The notes: generated by a model not told the origin, from the letters alone. Positions 36,986 to 46,186 are shown, counted from the first letter of the stretch. The stretch is DNA of 64,000 bases from a virus (IMGVR_UViG_3300043464_001836:32002-96001); one strand, 5' to 3'. Numbers and translations: made by a program.

Positions 36986-37492
36986 ATGAACAAAGAAGCC
37001 GTAATTGCTAAGGTTTATGAAGTTTGGGCCGCTGCTTGCAAGACCTTTAAGCTGAAAAATACTAGCGTTCCTGCGATCTCCTTCTTTAGCAAATCTTCTA
37101 TTGCTGGCAAAGCCTGGTACTCCGAGCACCGTGTTGAGTTCAACGAGATTCTTGCACTGGAGAATTCCGATAGCTTTGAGACTACTATTGCTCATGAGCT
37201 GGCTCACCTTATCACCGATCAGCTGTACCCTCAGGCTAAACAGCACCACGGGCCTGAGTTTAAGCACGTTATGGAAATTATGGGATACGACCCACGTACT
37301 TATCATAGCTATGATGTTTCTAGCGTAGCTACTCGTCGCGTTAAGACTCGCTTTATCTACTTCTGCAACTCTTGCCACAAAACGCTAGAAATTGCTGGCC
37401 CTACTCACAAGAAAATCTCCGCTGGCAGCACCTATACGTGCAAGTGTGGTGGACGTATTACCTTTACTAACGAAGAAAGGAAGTTTGTATAA
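36986..37492 (+). CDS. SprT-like zinc metalloprotease
   Basis: HELAH zinc motif plus a C-terminal CNSC...CKCGG zinc ribbon. Confidence 0.6.
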   Translation: MNKEAVIAKVYEVWAAACKTFKLKNTSVPAISFFSKSSIAGKAWYSEHRVEFNEILALENSDSFETTIAHELAHLITDQLYPQAKQHHGPEFKHVMEIMGYDPRTYHSYDVSSVATRRVKTRFIYFCNSCHKTLEIAGPTHKKISAGSTYTCKCGGRITFTNEERKFV

Positions 37493-37652
37493 AATGCTTA
37501 AATACTTGAAAGAAGCTATCGCTAATCTGTTGGACGCTATCTGCTCTGAAACTTATGAGCCTTACGAATACTTACTCATTGATCGAGGTGGCATTAAGTA
37601 TGTTATGCCTATTCCCAAGCAATGAATTATTTTCTAATTAAACTTAACTACC

Positions 37653-37868
37653 GTGGAGAAGCAGCAAATGACGCAGACCAAGGAAGCAAATACTACATCG
37701 TGCAGTTCCCCGGGTGGAAGCGGGATACCTCCTTCTGTCCATATTACTCTAGACGTACCTGATTGCTCTCACCTATTACCTAATCATAAGTGTGGGCTTA
37801 TTATGCACATAGGCACACCTTGTGTGCTATACGACATTCGTGTGATGGATTGTTACTTTGCTAACTAA
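37653..37868 (+). CDS. hypothetical protein
   Basis: ORF. Confidence 0.3.
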   Translation: MEKQQMTQTKEANTTSCSSPGGSGIPPSVHITLDVPDCSHLLPNHKCGLIMHIGTPCVLYDIRVMDCYFAN

Positions 37869-38202
37869 TATGCCACTATCACCCGAAGATAAACAGTTCA
37901 TTAAACAAGAGTACGCTGACGACCCTACTACGGAAAACATTGACTTCCTAAGAAAGAAGTTCTCTGTTTCTACTAGGACGATTAAAGCTGTGCTCACAGC
38001 AGCAGGGTTATACACTAGGGCACCTTATCTAACTAAGACTGGTGAGCTTCCTGTATCTAAGGAGCATATCATTAACTACATTGCTAGTAGCTTGAGGTGT
38101 CCTCCTGAAGAAGTTGAGAGCTTATCTAAAGTAACTAAGCCTGTGCTTAGAATGATTCTTAGAGCCTTAGACCCAGGTAGTGATGACTATTTTAAGCACT
38201 GA
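37858..38202 (+). CDS. hypothetical protein
   Basis: ORF. Confidence 0.4.
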   Translation: MLTNMPLSPEDKQFIKQEYADDPTTENIDFLRKKFSVSTRTIKAVLTAAGLYTRAPYLTKTGELPVSKEHIINYIASSLRCPPEEVESLSKVTKPVLRMILRALDPGSDDYFKH

Positions 38203-38571
38203 AAAATATACTTGATTTTGTCTAGTAGGTATGGCATAATAGGTAGGTAGAATAGAAGTAACGGGGTTAATACTATAAGGAAGGTAGGTATGTATCCTAA
38301 GAGCTTCCGCCTTTTGCCCAACCTCTTCAGTTTCTACAATTTAGGGTTGCCTGCTTCCCCAAAACTGAAAACGCAGAGGCACTAGACCTACCCTTGCTAC
38401 AACTTTTAGTAGGCATACTGAATTTTGTATAAGGTAGTTCTTTCTAGTGCTCCAGGGACCAATAGGCGGTAGTGCCTTCTTTGGATAAGCACCCAAGCTC
38501 CGCAAGAGCAGGCCGAAAACTGCGGTGTTGTTACTGAGTTTCTCGCCTAATCAAAGAAACTCAAAAGAATT

Positions 38572-38600
38572 AAAAAAGCCAGCTAGTCTGGCTTTTTTCA
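38572..38600. terminator. Rho-independent terminator (bidirectional)
   Basis: AAAAAAGCCAGCTAGTCTGGCTTTTTTCA: GC hairpin flanked by an A-run and a T-run. Confidence 0.6.
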
Positions 38601-38681
38601 CAATTAAGGCGAAAAGGATTGATCCCCCTGTCCCCCTCATGGGACTAGCCTAAGTTAACTAGCCAGTGAGGTGGCTGTAGT

Positions 38682-39422
38682 ATGGTTGAAGATAATGTAG
38701 TTGAAGAGATTTATGCCGTGTTGGTTGAGCAGTTTGGGGTCGACAACCTATTTTTACCTAAGAGGGGTAAAAAGAGACCTAGAACCATTACTTGGAAAGA
38801 CTTTATCAAAGCTACACTAGAAGAAGAGGAATTATATAAGTATTGTGGATACGCTAATACTGGCTCCTTCAGCTCTGGTATAAAGAGAGCACACCCTAGT
38901 ATAGTAAAGGAAAAAGGTAGTAGGCCTTGGTTTCACTTCCTTCTATATTTGGCTGGATATAAGCGCTGTCCAGAGTGTAACAACGTACTAATGGTTACTA
39001 ATTTTAGTTATACTAGTACGCATAAGGATGGCTTGCATACAGAGTGCAAAGAATGCGCAAGAGAATGTGCAAGAGAGTACTATAAGAAAAATAAAGGGTC
39101 TATCTTAGAGAAAGCAAGGGAGTACCAACAAGCTAATAAAGAGCAGTATATGGAGCAGCATAAAAAATACTACCTAAACAATAAGCATATATTTGCAGCA
39201 TATAATGCTAAACGCCGAGCTACTAAGCTACAGGCTTCCCCACTATGGGCAGACCAGGAAAAGATAAAACAGATATACGCAACACGACCAGAAGGTTATC
39301 ACGTAGACCATATAATTCCATTACAACATCCACTAGTATGTGGCCTTCATTGTGAATTTAACTTACAGCACCTACCGGCAGCTGAAAACCTTACTAAGCA
39401 CAATAGGTTTGATTTAGATTAA
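38682..39422 (+). CDS. HNH homing endonuclease (family 1 paralog)
   Basis: Shared N-terminal EEIYAxLVEQFGV...LPKRGKKRPRTITW module and C-terminal HNH module. Confidence 0.8.
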   Translation: MVEDNVVEEIYAVLVEQFGVDNLFLPKRGKKRPRTITWKDFIKATLEEEELYKYCGYANTGSFSSGIKRAHPSIVKEKGSRPWFHFLLYLAGYKRCPECNNVLMVTNFSYTSTHKDGLHTECKECARECAREYYKKNKGSILEKAREYQQANKEQYMEQHKKYYLNNKHIFAAYNAKRRATKLQASPLWADQEKIKQIYATRPEGYHVDHIIPLQHPLVCGLHCEFNLQHLPAAENLTKHNRFDLD

Positions 39423-39451
39423 CAAGCGTAGCATAAAGGAGCCAAAAGTAT

Positions 39452-40141
39452 ATGGCCAAGCCCCAGAAGCAAAAAGTTAGTCCGTATAAACAAAAAGATA
39501 ACCTAGGACTAAGGTCAATAAAGCCTTTGACCTATGCACAGCAGCAGATGTTCACTTCATACCTAGAGTATGATATGAACCTAATTTGCTCTGGAAGTGC
39601 TGGTACAGGCAAGTCGTTCCTCGGTACGTATCTTGGTCTGCGGTCTCTATTCTCAAACGAAGTAGATAAGATTATCTTTGTTAGGTCTACTGTTAGTGTG
39701 CGCGATATTGGCTTCCTCCCTGGTACACCTGAGGATAAGGCTAAGCCTTATTTTGCAATCTATGCTGACGCTGTTAATTTCCTATGTGACTCTGGAACTG
39801 CATGGGAGAGCTTACTGCACAGAGGGTCTATTCTACTAGAGCCTACATCTTTTGTGCGCGGAGCAACTTGGCGTAATGCTGTAGTTATTTTGGACGAGTA
39901 TCAGAATATGAGTAGGCAAGAGTTATACTCGGTTATGACTAGACTAGGAGATAATTCTAGGCTAATTATTCTAGGAGATCATAAACAAACTGACCTAGTT
40001 AAGGGTTCTAGTCACGAGTACCTTATGCACCTGGCCGATAAGCTATCTGAAGATTTTGATACTATTAAGTTCACACATCAGGATATTGTCAGGTCACCAC
40101 TAGTTAAGTCCATTATCATCGCAGATTCAGAGATACTCTGA
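39452..40141 (+). CDS. phoH: PhoH-like ATPase
   Basis: Walker A GSAGTGKSF, followed by FLPGTPEDKAKPY and ILDEYQNMSRQELYSVMTRLGDNSRLIILGDHKQTDL. Confidence 0.7.
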   Translation: MAKPQKQKVSPYKQKDNLGLRSIKPLTYAQQQMFTSYLEYDMNLICSGSAGTGKSFLGTYLGLRSLFSNEVDKIIFVRSTVSVRDIGFLPGTPEDKAKPYFAIYADAVNFLCDSGTAWESLLHRGSILLEPTSFVRGATWRNAVVILDEYQNMSRQELYSVMTRLGDNSRLIILGDHKQTDLVKGSSHEYLMHLADKLSEDFDTIKFTHQDIVRSPLVKSIIIADSEIL

Positions 40142-40147
40142 CAAAAA

Positions 40148-40180
40148 CGCCCACAAGATTTCGCGCTTGTGGGTTTTTGC
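40148..40180 (+). terminator. Rho-independent terminator
   Basis: CGCCCACAAG-ATTTCGCG-CTTGTGGGTTTTTGC. Confidence 0.6.
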
Positions 40181-40226
40181 TTTTAGAGGTACAATATTAT
40201 TTCTGAGATTGGGAAAGGAAAGAAAG

Positions 40227-40427
40227 ATGAATGATATCATGATTAAGCTGATGCGTCAAGCTGATGCTGTACTTGCAGAGCACCTAGGGAATGAAGAAAT
40301 CTCCCTAGAAGAATTTGAGGCACTCAATAACGCACTGTGGTCTGGTGTGTACACTGAGGACGAACTTCGCAGCTTCCTCATCCCTAACGACAACAACTCT
40401 TGTTTCTGGAAGTGGGCCGATGATTGA
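40227..40427 (+). CDS. hypothetical protein
   Basis: Preceded by a plus-strand copy of the class-A cassette TACAATATTATTTCTGAG plus an AGGAAAGG ribosome-binding leader. Confidence 0.35.
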   Translation: MNDIMIKLMRQADAVLAEHLGNEEISLEEFEALNNALWSGVYTEDELRSFLIPNDNNSCFWKWADD

Positions 40428-40568
40428 AGTATCTAGTAAGTTTATTGAACGTACACAATATTTTCTTGGCAAGAATCGCCTTCATGTTTATTATTCTATG
40501 AGCCAAGGTAAGTATATCCTTAGTGACGCACATACTTACTATTTTTGGCGTAAAATTGGAGCAATGTA

Positions 40569-40883
40569 ATGACGTACAAATTGTTTATTGATGATGAGCG
40601 GTACCCACCTAATGATGGGGGTACTTGGGTTATCAGTCGTACCTCTCAAGAGGCTATTGCTGCTGTACTTTCTCTAGGTATGCCAGCCTTTATCTCCTTT
40701 GACCATGACTTGGGTGGTGAGGATACGTCTATGGTTTTCGTTAATTGGCTTATTGACTATATGCTTGATAATCACAAAGACCAGTTTGACTTCTACGTCC
40801 ACTCTCAAAATCCTGTTGGAAAGGTTAATATTGAGAAGAGACTGCTAGGTCTCTTTACTTACTTGGAGCAATGTAATGATTAA
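40569..40883 (+). CDS. hypothetical small protein with a receiver(REC)-like signature (FIDDER...DHDLGG)
   Basis: KLFIDDERYP ... ISFDHDLGG pattern reminiscent of CheY-like/phage REC-like domains. ATGA overlaps on both sides. Confidence 0.35.
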   Translation: MTYKLFIDDERYPPNDGGTWVISRTSQEAIAAVLSLGMPAFISFDHDLGGEDTSMVFVNWLIDYMLDNHKDQFDFYVHSQNPVGKVNIEKRLLGLFTYLEQCND

Positions 40884-41676
40884 AATTTATGCAGTACAAG
40901 GTGGTGAAATTCCTTACGAACAGTTTATCTTCCCTGGTGGTGAGGTGTCTATTCGACTAGATATTTCTGCTATGCAGTACGTTAAGCAGTTCACTATTAG
41001 TGCTAATCTTCAGTCACCGACTGAAATAGTTAATCTAGTAATGATTAAAGATGCGATTCAGCGACAAGTACCAGAAGCCCTAATCGAGCTTTACATGCCT
41101 TACGTTCCTTATGCTCGCCAAGACCGAGTATCCGTTCCTGGTGAAGCACTCTCTATTAGGGCTTTCGCTGCTATTATCAACTCGATGCACTTCTTCAAAG
41201 TAACTGCTATGGATGTACACAGCCAGGTTACTGAAGATTCTATCGACCGTCTAGAAGTAATCCCTCAGTGGCATCTAGTAGGCCAATTCATTGACGGGCG
41301 TTCTGACTACGTACTAGTAGCGCCAGATAAAGGTGCTGTAGAAAAGACAGCTGCATGTGCTAGAGCACTAGACCTAGAGTATATTACTGCTAGTAAAGTG
41401 CGCGACCCAGTAACTGGTAAAATTACAGGTACTGAGGTTAACTTCGGTAATGTTAACCTAAAAGGTAAGCGCCTACTAATTGTGGATGATATCTGTGACG
41501 GGGGGGGTACCTTTACTGAGCTAGCTAAGGCCATTAGAGCTAAGGTTGATAATCCTATTGACCTGTATGTGACTCACGGAATTTTCTCTAAGGGCCTCAA
41601 TGAGCTTTATAGCCTGTTCGAGACGATTTACTGTGCTAACCCTTGGTTTGAGGATGAAAGGATTACTACTCTATGA
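40876..41676 (+). CDS. Ribose-phosphate pyrophosphokinase (Prs)-like enzyme; could instead be an ADPR-pyrophosphate synthetase (Adps)
   Basis: PRPP/PRTase-type motif LLIVDDICDGGGTF and the Prs-like fold order. Confidence 0.65.
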   Translation: MIKIYAVQGGEIPYEQFIFPGGEVSIRLDISAMQYVKQFTISANLQSPTEIVNLVMIKDAIQRQVPEALIELYMPYVPYARQDRVSVPGEALSIRAFAAIINSMHFFKVTAMDVHSQVTEDSIDRLEVIPQWHLVGQFIDGRSDYVLVAPDKGAVEKTAACARALDLEYITASKVRDPVTGKITGTEVNFGNVNLKGKRLLIVDDICDGGGTFTELAKAIRAKVDNPIDLYVTHGIFSKGLNELYSLFETIYCANPWFEDERITTL

Positions 41677-42236
41677 GCCACTATAAAGGGAGGGATCCAT
41701 TTGATCCTAAATGTGCTTGTGGTAGCAATAAGTTCTCTGATGAGTGTACTTGCAACATCTCCACAACTCAAGGTAGAAGTATGATTCACTACGAACAAGG
41801 CGATGTATTCGCCAGCCTGCCAAAGGCCTGTATCTTTGTACACGGCTGTAATGCACAACGTACTATGGGTTCTGGAGTAGCTAAGGTTATTAAAGACCGC
41901 TATCCAGAAGTTTACTATGGCTACCTAACTATGGTAATGAACCTAGGTATGGTCTCTATAGTCAAGTTAGAAGAGCAGGTATTTTGTAACGCTATCACAC
42001 AGCAGTACTATGGTAGAGATCCTAATCGCTGCTACGTTGACTATAGAGCAGTAGAGGATGCACTAGCAAAGGTAGCTACTATTGCTAGAACTCTAGAACT
42101 TCCGGTTTACATGCCCTTCATTGGTGGTGGTCTAGGTGGTGGAGATAGGCTAGTATTAAGCCAAATCTTCGAGAGCGTCTTCTGGGAAGTTGAGGTGCAT
42201 ATTTTTTCACTTGAATCTGCACCAATTTCCGCGTAA
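41673..42236 (+). CDS. Macro-domain (ADP-ribose-binding/processing) protein with an N-terminal Cys-rich zinc ribbon
   Basis: VHGCNAQRTMGSGVAKVI (macro NAAN-GGGV-like block) and PFIGGGLGGG (macro Gly-rich loop). N-terminal CACGSNKFSDECTC. Confidence 0.5.
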   Translation: MSHYKGRDPFDPKCACGSNKFSDECTCNISTTQGRSMIHYEQGDVFASLPKACIFVHGCNAQRTMGSGVAKVIKDRYPEVYYGYLTMVMNLGMVSIVKLEEQVFCNAITQQYYGRDPNRCYVDYRAVEDALAKVATIARTLELPVYMPFIGGGLGGGDRLVLSQIFESVFWEVEVHIFSLESAPISA

Positions 42237-42271
42237 AATATCTTTTCTGAAATGAATTAAGGACTAAAACT

Positions 42272-43753
42272 ATGAATCCCGCAACTAACACTGACTTCTA
42301 CAAAACTGGTCACATCTTTCAGTACCCCGAAGGCACTGAAAAGGTCTACTCTAACTGGACTGCTCGTTCGGCCAAGAACTTCAAGGACTTCCAAGGTCAA
42401 TTCGACGACAAGGTAGTCTTCTTCGGCCTTCAAGCGGCTTTGATTAAACTACAGAAAGAATGGGAAGAAAAGTTCTTCTCTCTGCCTGTAGACGTAGCTG
42501 TAGCTAAGTACAATCGCCGTATGCGTACTAGCATTGGCCCTATTGATACTAAGCACATTGAAGCGCTTTGGAACCTTGGCTTTCTACCTATCAAGGTTAA
42601 GGCCCTTCCCGAAGGTTCTCGTGTTAACCTACGTGTACCTATGTTTACTGTAGTTAACACCCACTCTGAATTCGGTTGGCTCACTAACTACCTAGAGACC
42701 TACCTCTCTTCTGAAGTTTGGAAGACCTGTACCAACGCAACTATCGCCTTTGAGTATCGTAAGCTGTTTGACAAGTATGCGCAGATTACTGGTACGCCTC
42801 GCGAGTTTGTCCAGTTTCAGGGTCACGACTTCTCAATGCGTGGTATGGATGGAACTGAGTCAGCAGGACGTTCTGGAGCTGCTCACCTTCTTTCCTTCGT
42901 AGGAACGGATACTATTCCTGCAATTGACTTCCTTGAGGATTTCTACTTCGCTAATGCTGAGCAGGAACTTATTGGAACCTCTGTTCCAGCTACAGAGCAC
43001 TCAACTATGTCAGCGGGTGGAGAAGTTGATGAGGCTGCTACCTTCAAGCGTCTTATTACTGAAGTGTACCCTTCTGGTATTATTAGTATCGTATCCGATA
43101 CTTGGGACCTGTGGGGAGTGCTAACTGTTATTGCACCTTCTCTAAAGGAAGAAATCCTTAACCGCGGCCGTGATGCCTTCGGCATGTCCAAGGTAGTGTT
43201 TCGCCCTGACTCCGGGGATCCTGTTAAAATCATTGTAGGTGACTGTAGTGCTGAACCTGGTACTCCTGAGTTCAAAGGTGCTGTTCAACTACTGTGGGAA
43301 AACTTTGGTGGAACCTTTACTGATAATGGCTTCAAGCAAGTAAATGAGCACGTTGGTCTTATCTATGGTGACTCTATTACTCCTGCTCGTGCTAGGGCAA
43401 TCCTAGAAGGTCTAGCTAACAAGGGCTTTGCTAGTGGTAACATTGTGTTTGGTATTGGTTCTTACACGTACCAAATGAACACTCGTGATACCTTTGGCTT
43501 TGCTATGAAGGCTACCTACGCTGTAGTTAATGGTGTTGGCCGAGAACTCTTCAAGAACCCTAAAACTGACTCTGGTATGAAGAAGTCTGCTAAGGGTCTG
43601 CTTCGTGTTGAACTAGAAGATGGTGAGTTTGTTCTATACGATCAGCAAACTGAACTAGAAGAGACATTAGGAGTACTTGAAACTGTATTCCTTAACGGTA
43701 AGCTAGTTAAGCAAACCAGCCTTGCAGAAGTTCGTAAGAATCTGCTAGGCTAA
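42272..43753 (+). CDS. nadV: Nicotinamide phosphoribosyltransferase (Nampt/NadV)-family enzyme; could be the Namat variant
   Basis: 493 aa, Nampt-family length and conserved blocks (FQGHDFSMRGMDG, GIISIVSDTWD, GLIYGDSIT). Confidence 0.75.
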   Translation: MNPATNTDFYKTGHIFQYPEGTEKVYSNWTARSAKNFKDFQGQFDDKVVFFGLQAALIKLQKEWEEKFFSLPVDVAVAKYNRRMRTSIGPIDTKHIEALWNLGFLPIKVKALPEGSRVNLRVPMFTVVNTHSEFGWLTNYLETYLSSEVWKTCTNATIAFEYRKLFDKYAQITGTPREFVQFQGHDFSMRGMDGTESAGRSGAAHLLSFVGTDTIPAIDFLEDFYFANAEQELIGTSVPATEHSTMSAGGEVDEAATFKRLITEVYPSGIISIVSDTWDLWGVLTVIAPSLKEEILNRGRDAFGMSKVVFRPDSGDPVKIIVGDCSAEPGTPEFKGAVQLLWENFGGTFTDNGFKQVNEHVGLIYGDSITPARARAILEGLANKGFASGNIVFGIGSYTYQMNTRDTFGFAMKATYAVVNGVGRELFKNPKTDSGMKKSAKGLLRVELEDGEFVLYDQQTELEETLGVLETVFLNGKLVKQTSLAEVRKNLLG

Positions 43754-43826
43754 GAACTGAACAGTTCGGCCCCACTAAGAGCTTAAGCTTTGAAGCTCTT
43801 AAGCTCTTAAGCTCTTAAGCTTTGAA

Positions 43827-43940
43827 GTTTGAAGTTTTGAAGTTTGAAGTTTGAAGTTTGAAGTTTGAAGTTTGAAGTTTGAAGTTTGAAGTTTGAAGTT
43901 TGAAGTTTGAAGTTTGAAGTTTGAAGTTTGAAGTTTGAAG
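43827..43940. repeat. Tandem 7-bp repeat (GTTTGAA)n, about 16 copies
   Basis: Uninterrupted GAAGTTT phase. Preceded by (GCTCTTAA)3 and followed by TTTGGGGTC. Confidence 0.8.
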
Positions 43941-43987
43941 TTTGGGGTCGAACAGTTCCTCAAATTCTTTTATAATTATTTCTTTAA

Positions 43988-44284
43988 ATGGAGAACGAAG
44001 TGCAAAAACATAAAGACCTAATCATTGCCTGGGCTAATGGTGCTACTATTCAGTATAGAACCGATAATATTTGGTACGATGTTCAAGATAATCATCCATC
44101 CTGGAGTAACCATACTGAATACCGTATTAAGCCTCAATTTGCTAATATTAAAGCAGTACCGGAAACTTATGGTTGTGATGGCTGCGTATTTAGCAATCAG
44201 ACGCGCTGTCACGATTTAATTAAAGGTTTGGTTACACTAGGCCTACCTAAATGTGCAGAAGGTTATATCTATGTCAAAGTGTGA
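43988..44284 (+). CDS. small Cys-motif protein, family member 1 (C-x2-C...LGLP-x-C...GYIY)
   Basis: Paralog of 49377..49547, 49540..49737 and 50975..51277. Conserved upstream TATAAT...ATGGAGAACG cassette. Confidence 0.45.
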   Translation: MENEVQKHKDLIIAWANGATIQYRTDNIWYDVQDNHPSWSNHTEYRIKPQFANIKAVPETYGCDGCVFSNQTRCHDLIKGLVTLGLPKCAEGYIYVKV

Positions 44285-44459
44285 GCAAGTATTCGTTAAA
44301 CGGTATGACGATACTATCGAGAAGGTAACGCTTACTGGACGTTGGTACGCGAATTCCAGTGGTAACTTGGGGTTTGAAGTTAAAACTTACTTCTGGCAAA
44401 AGCCTAAGTTTGTTTGGGAGAAAGATATTCGAGAGTTATATGGAGAACTATGTGAATAA
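44253..44459 (+). CDS. hypothetical protein
   Basis: ORF. Confidence 0.35.
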   Translation: MQKVISMSKCEQVFVKRYDDTIEKVTLTGRWYANSSGNLGFEVKTYFWQKPKFVWEKDIRELYGELCE

Positions 44460-44537
44460 GGATTACTTACCTCTAGTAATTATGCTAGTTATTGCCTCAC
44501 TAGTAGTTTTTGGTCCTTTCATTGTTGGAGCACTTTC

Positions 44538-44741
44538 GTGATTGTATCGTATAAAATTTCTGATAATGGCAGCATCCTAGCAGTAACGTACTCTCAGGGT
44601 TTTGTTGGCAAGTTACTTGGCTTTACTCCTGATATTGAGATTTATATCCTTATAGACGATGAGTGGATTAATGCTGATTCTCCTGGTGAAGAACTTCCTA
44701 AACCAATTAAAAACATTCTGAAGCGAGAAAACCTACTATGA
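44538..44741 (+). CDS. hypothetical protein
   Basis: ORF. Confidence 0.35.
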   Translation: MIVSYKISDNGSILAVTYSQGFVGKLLGFTPDIEIYILIDDEWINADSPGEELPKPIKNILKRENLL

Positions 44742-44959
44742 AAACTTTTCCTACTTTCGGCAAACTAGAAACTGCTAAGCCTTGCATGAAACGCCCTATC
44801 GTAGTTCATGCAGCTCAAATTAACGAGGAGTTCCGCGTTGAGTCTCTAGAAGGTAACTATGCTATTGGTAAGCCTGGTGATTATCTAATGACAGGCACCG
44901 CAGGTGAGCAATATATCTGCGATAAAGCTATCTTTAAAGCAACCTATGACTTCATCTAA
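44738..44959 (+). CDS. hypothetical protein
   Basis: ORF. Confidence 0.35.
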   Translation: MKTFPTFGKLETAKPCMKRPIVVHAAQINEEFRVESLEGNYAIGKPGDYLMTGTAGEQYICDKAIFKATYDFI

Positions 44960-45254
44960 TAAAGAACTAATCCTAGAATTCCTAGCTGTTAATAACTCTT
45001 GCTCTTCTAAACAGAATGCTGTTAACTCAGCCTTAAGGCTACTTAATGGAGATAATTGGATTATCTCCACGGTACCTACTGAAGTAGAGGAATTACTGTG
45101 GAAGCTACTAACCCAAATTATCGGAGCTGAAAAAGCTGACTGGCTACAGTGGTGGTTATATGAAGCAGAACAAAAGCCTTCTGTGACTTGGAAAGGCGTT
45201 AACACTATTCCTATTAACAACTTTGAAGACCTATGGGAGAACTGGCTAAAATGA
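44946..45254 (+). CDS. hypothetical protein
   Basis: Start set at the internal Met overlapping the upstream stop. Confidence 0.35.
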   Translation: MTSSNKELILEFLAVNNSCSSKQNAVNSALRLLNGDNWIISTVPTEVEELLWKLLTQIIGAEKADWLQWWLYEAEQKPSVTWKGVNTIPINNFEDLWENWLK

Positions 45255-45403
45255 CAAACAAAGAATTTATTGAAGCACTAGAAGAAATTATTAATGATGC
45301 GTATCTAGTACCTGAGATTAAGTACCAGTTACTAGTAGAAGCTATCGAAGAAATGAAGATGTATTTACTAGACTAAAGAGTAGGAAGTAAAAGGTAGAAA
45401 ATA

Positions 45404-46186
45404 ATGCAAATTAACACATTAGACCATGGGTTTGTCCGGCTAGTTGATTCTATGGGTAGTGATAGTGCAATAGTACAGGCTGCTAGAGTGTCTTATGGTG
45501 GAGGTACTAAAACTATGCTAGAGGATAGATCCTTGATTAGGTATTTAGTTAGAAACAAACATACTTCTCCATTAGAAATGGTTGAGTTCAAGTTTCACCT
45601 AAAAATGCCTATATTCATTGCTAGACAGCATATTAGACACAGGACTGCCAGCATTAATGAAGTATCCGCTAGGTACTCAGTAATGGGTGAAGAGTTTTAT
45701 ATCCCAGATGAAATTAGGGGCCAATCCGTAACTAACAAGCAATGTTCTGCAGGTGTAGTTGATGGCTCATTTATTACTGATCTAAAGGATACCTGTAACA
45801 ATGCTTATGAAGTATATCAAACTAGCATCAGTAATGGAGTGTCTAGGGAGTTAGCTCGCTGTCTTTTGCCAGTTAATCTGTACACTGAAATGTACTGGAA
45901 AATTGACGCACATAACTTACTACACTATATTAAGCTAAGACTCCATTCTCACGCCCAGAAAGAAATTCAAGTTTATGCTAAAGCAATGCTAGATCTTATT
46001 AAGCCCACAGTGCCTATGCTAGTTGAAGCTTTTGAGGATTATATTCTAAATGCTAGCACATTTTCGGCTAGAGAGCTAGAATTTATTAGGAGTGTTCCTC
46101 AATCTAATTGGGGGAGACAAGTAGCAAGTGAATGGTTCCAAGGAAGTGAGCTTAAGGAATTCCTTGAAAAACTAAAGGTAGAGTAA
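45404..46186 (+). CDS. thyX: Flavin-dependent thymidylate synthase ThyX
   Basis: ThyX signature RHRTASINEVSARY (RHRxxS), 260 aa. Confidence 0.85.
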   Translation: MQINTLDHGFVRLVDSMGSDSAIVQAARVSYGGGTKTMLEDRSLIRYLVRNKHTSPLEMVEFKFHLKMPIFIARQHIRHRTASINEVSARYSVMGEEFYIPDEIRGQSVTNKQCSAGVVDGSFITDLKDTCNNAYEVYQTSISNGVSRELARCLLPVNLYTEMYWKIDAHNLLHYIKLRLHSHAQKEIQVYAKAMLDLIKPTVPMLVEAFEDYILNASTFSARELEFIRSVPQSNWGRQVASEWFQGSELKEFLEKLKVE

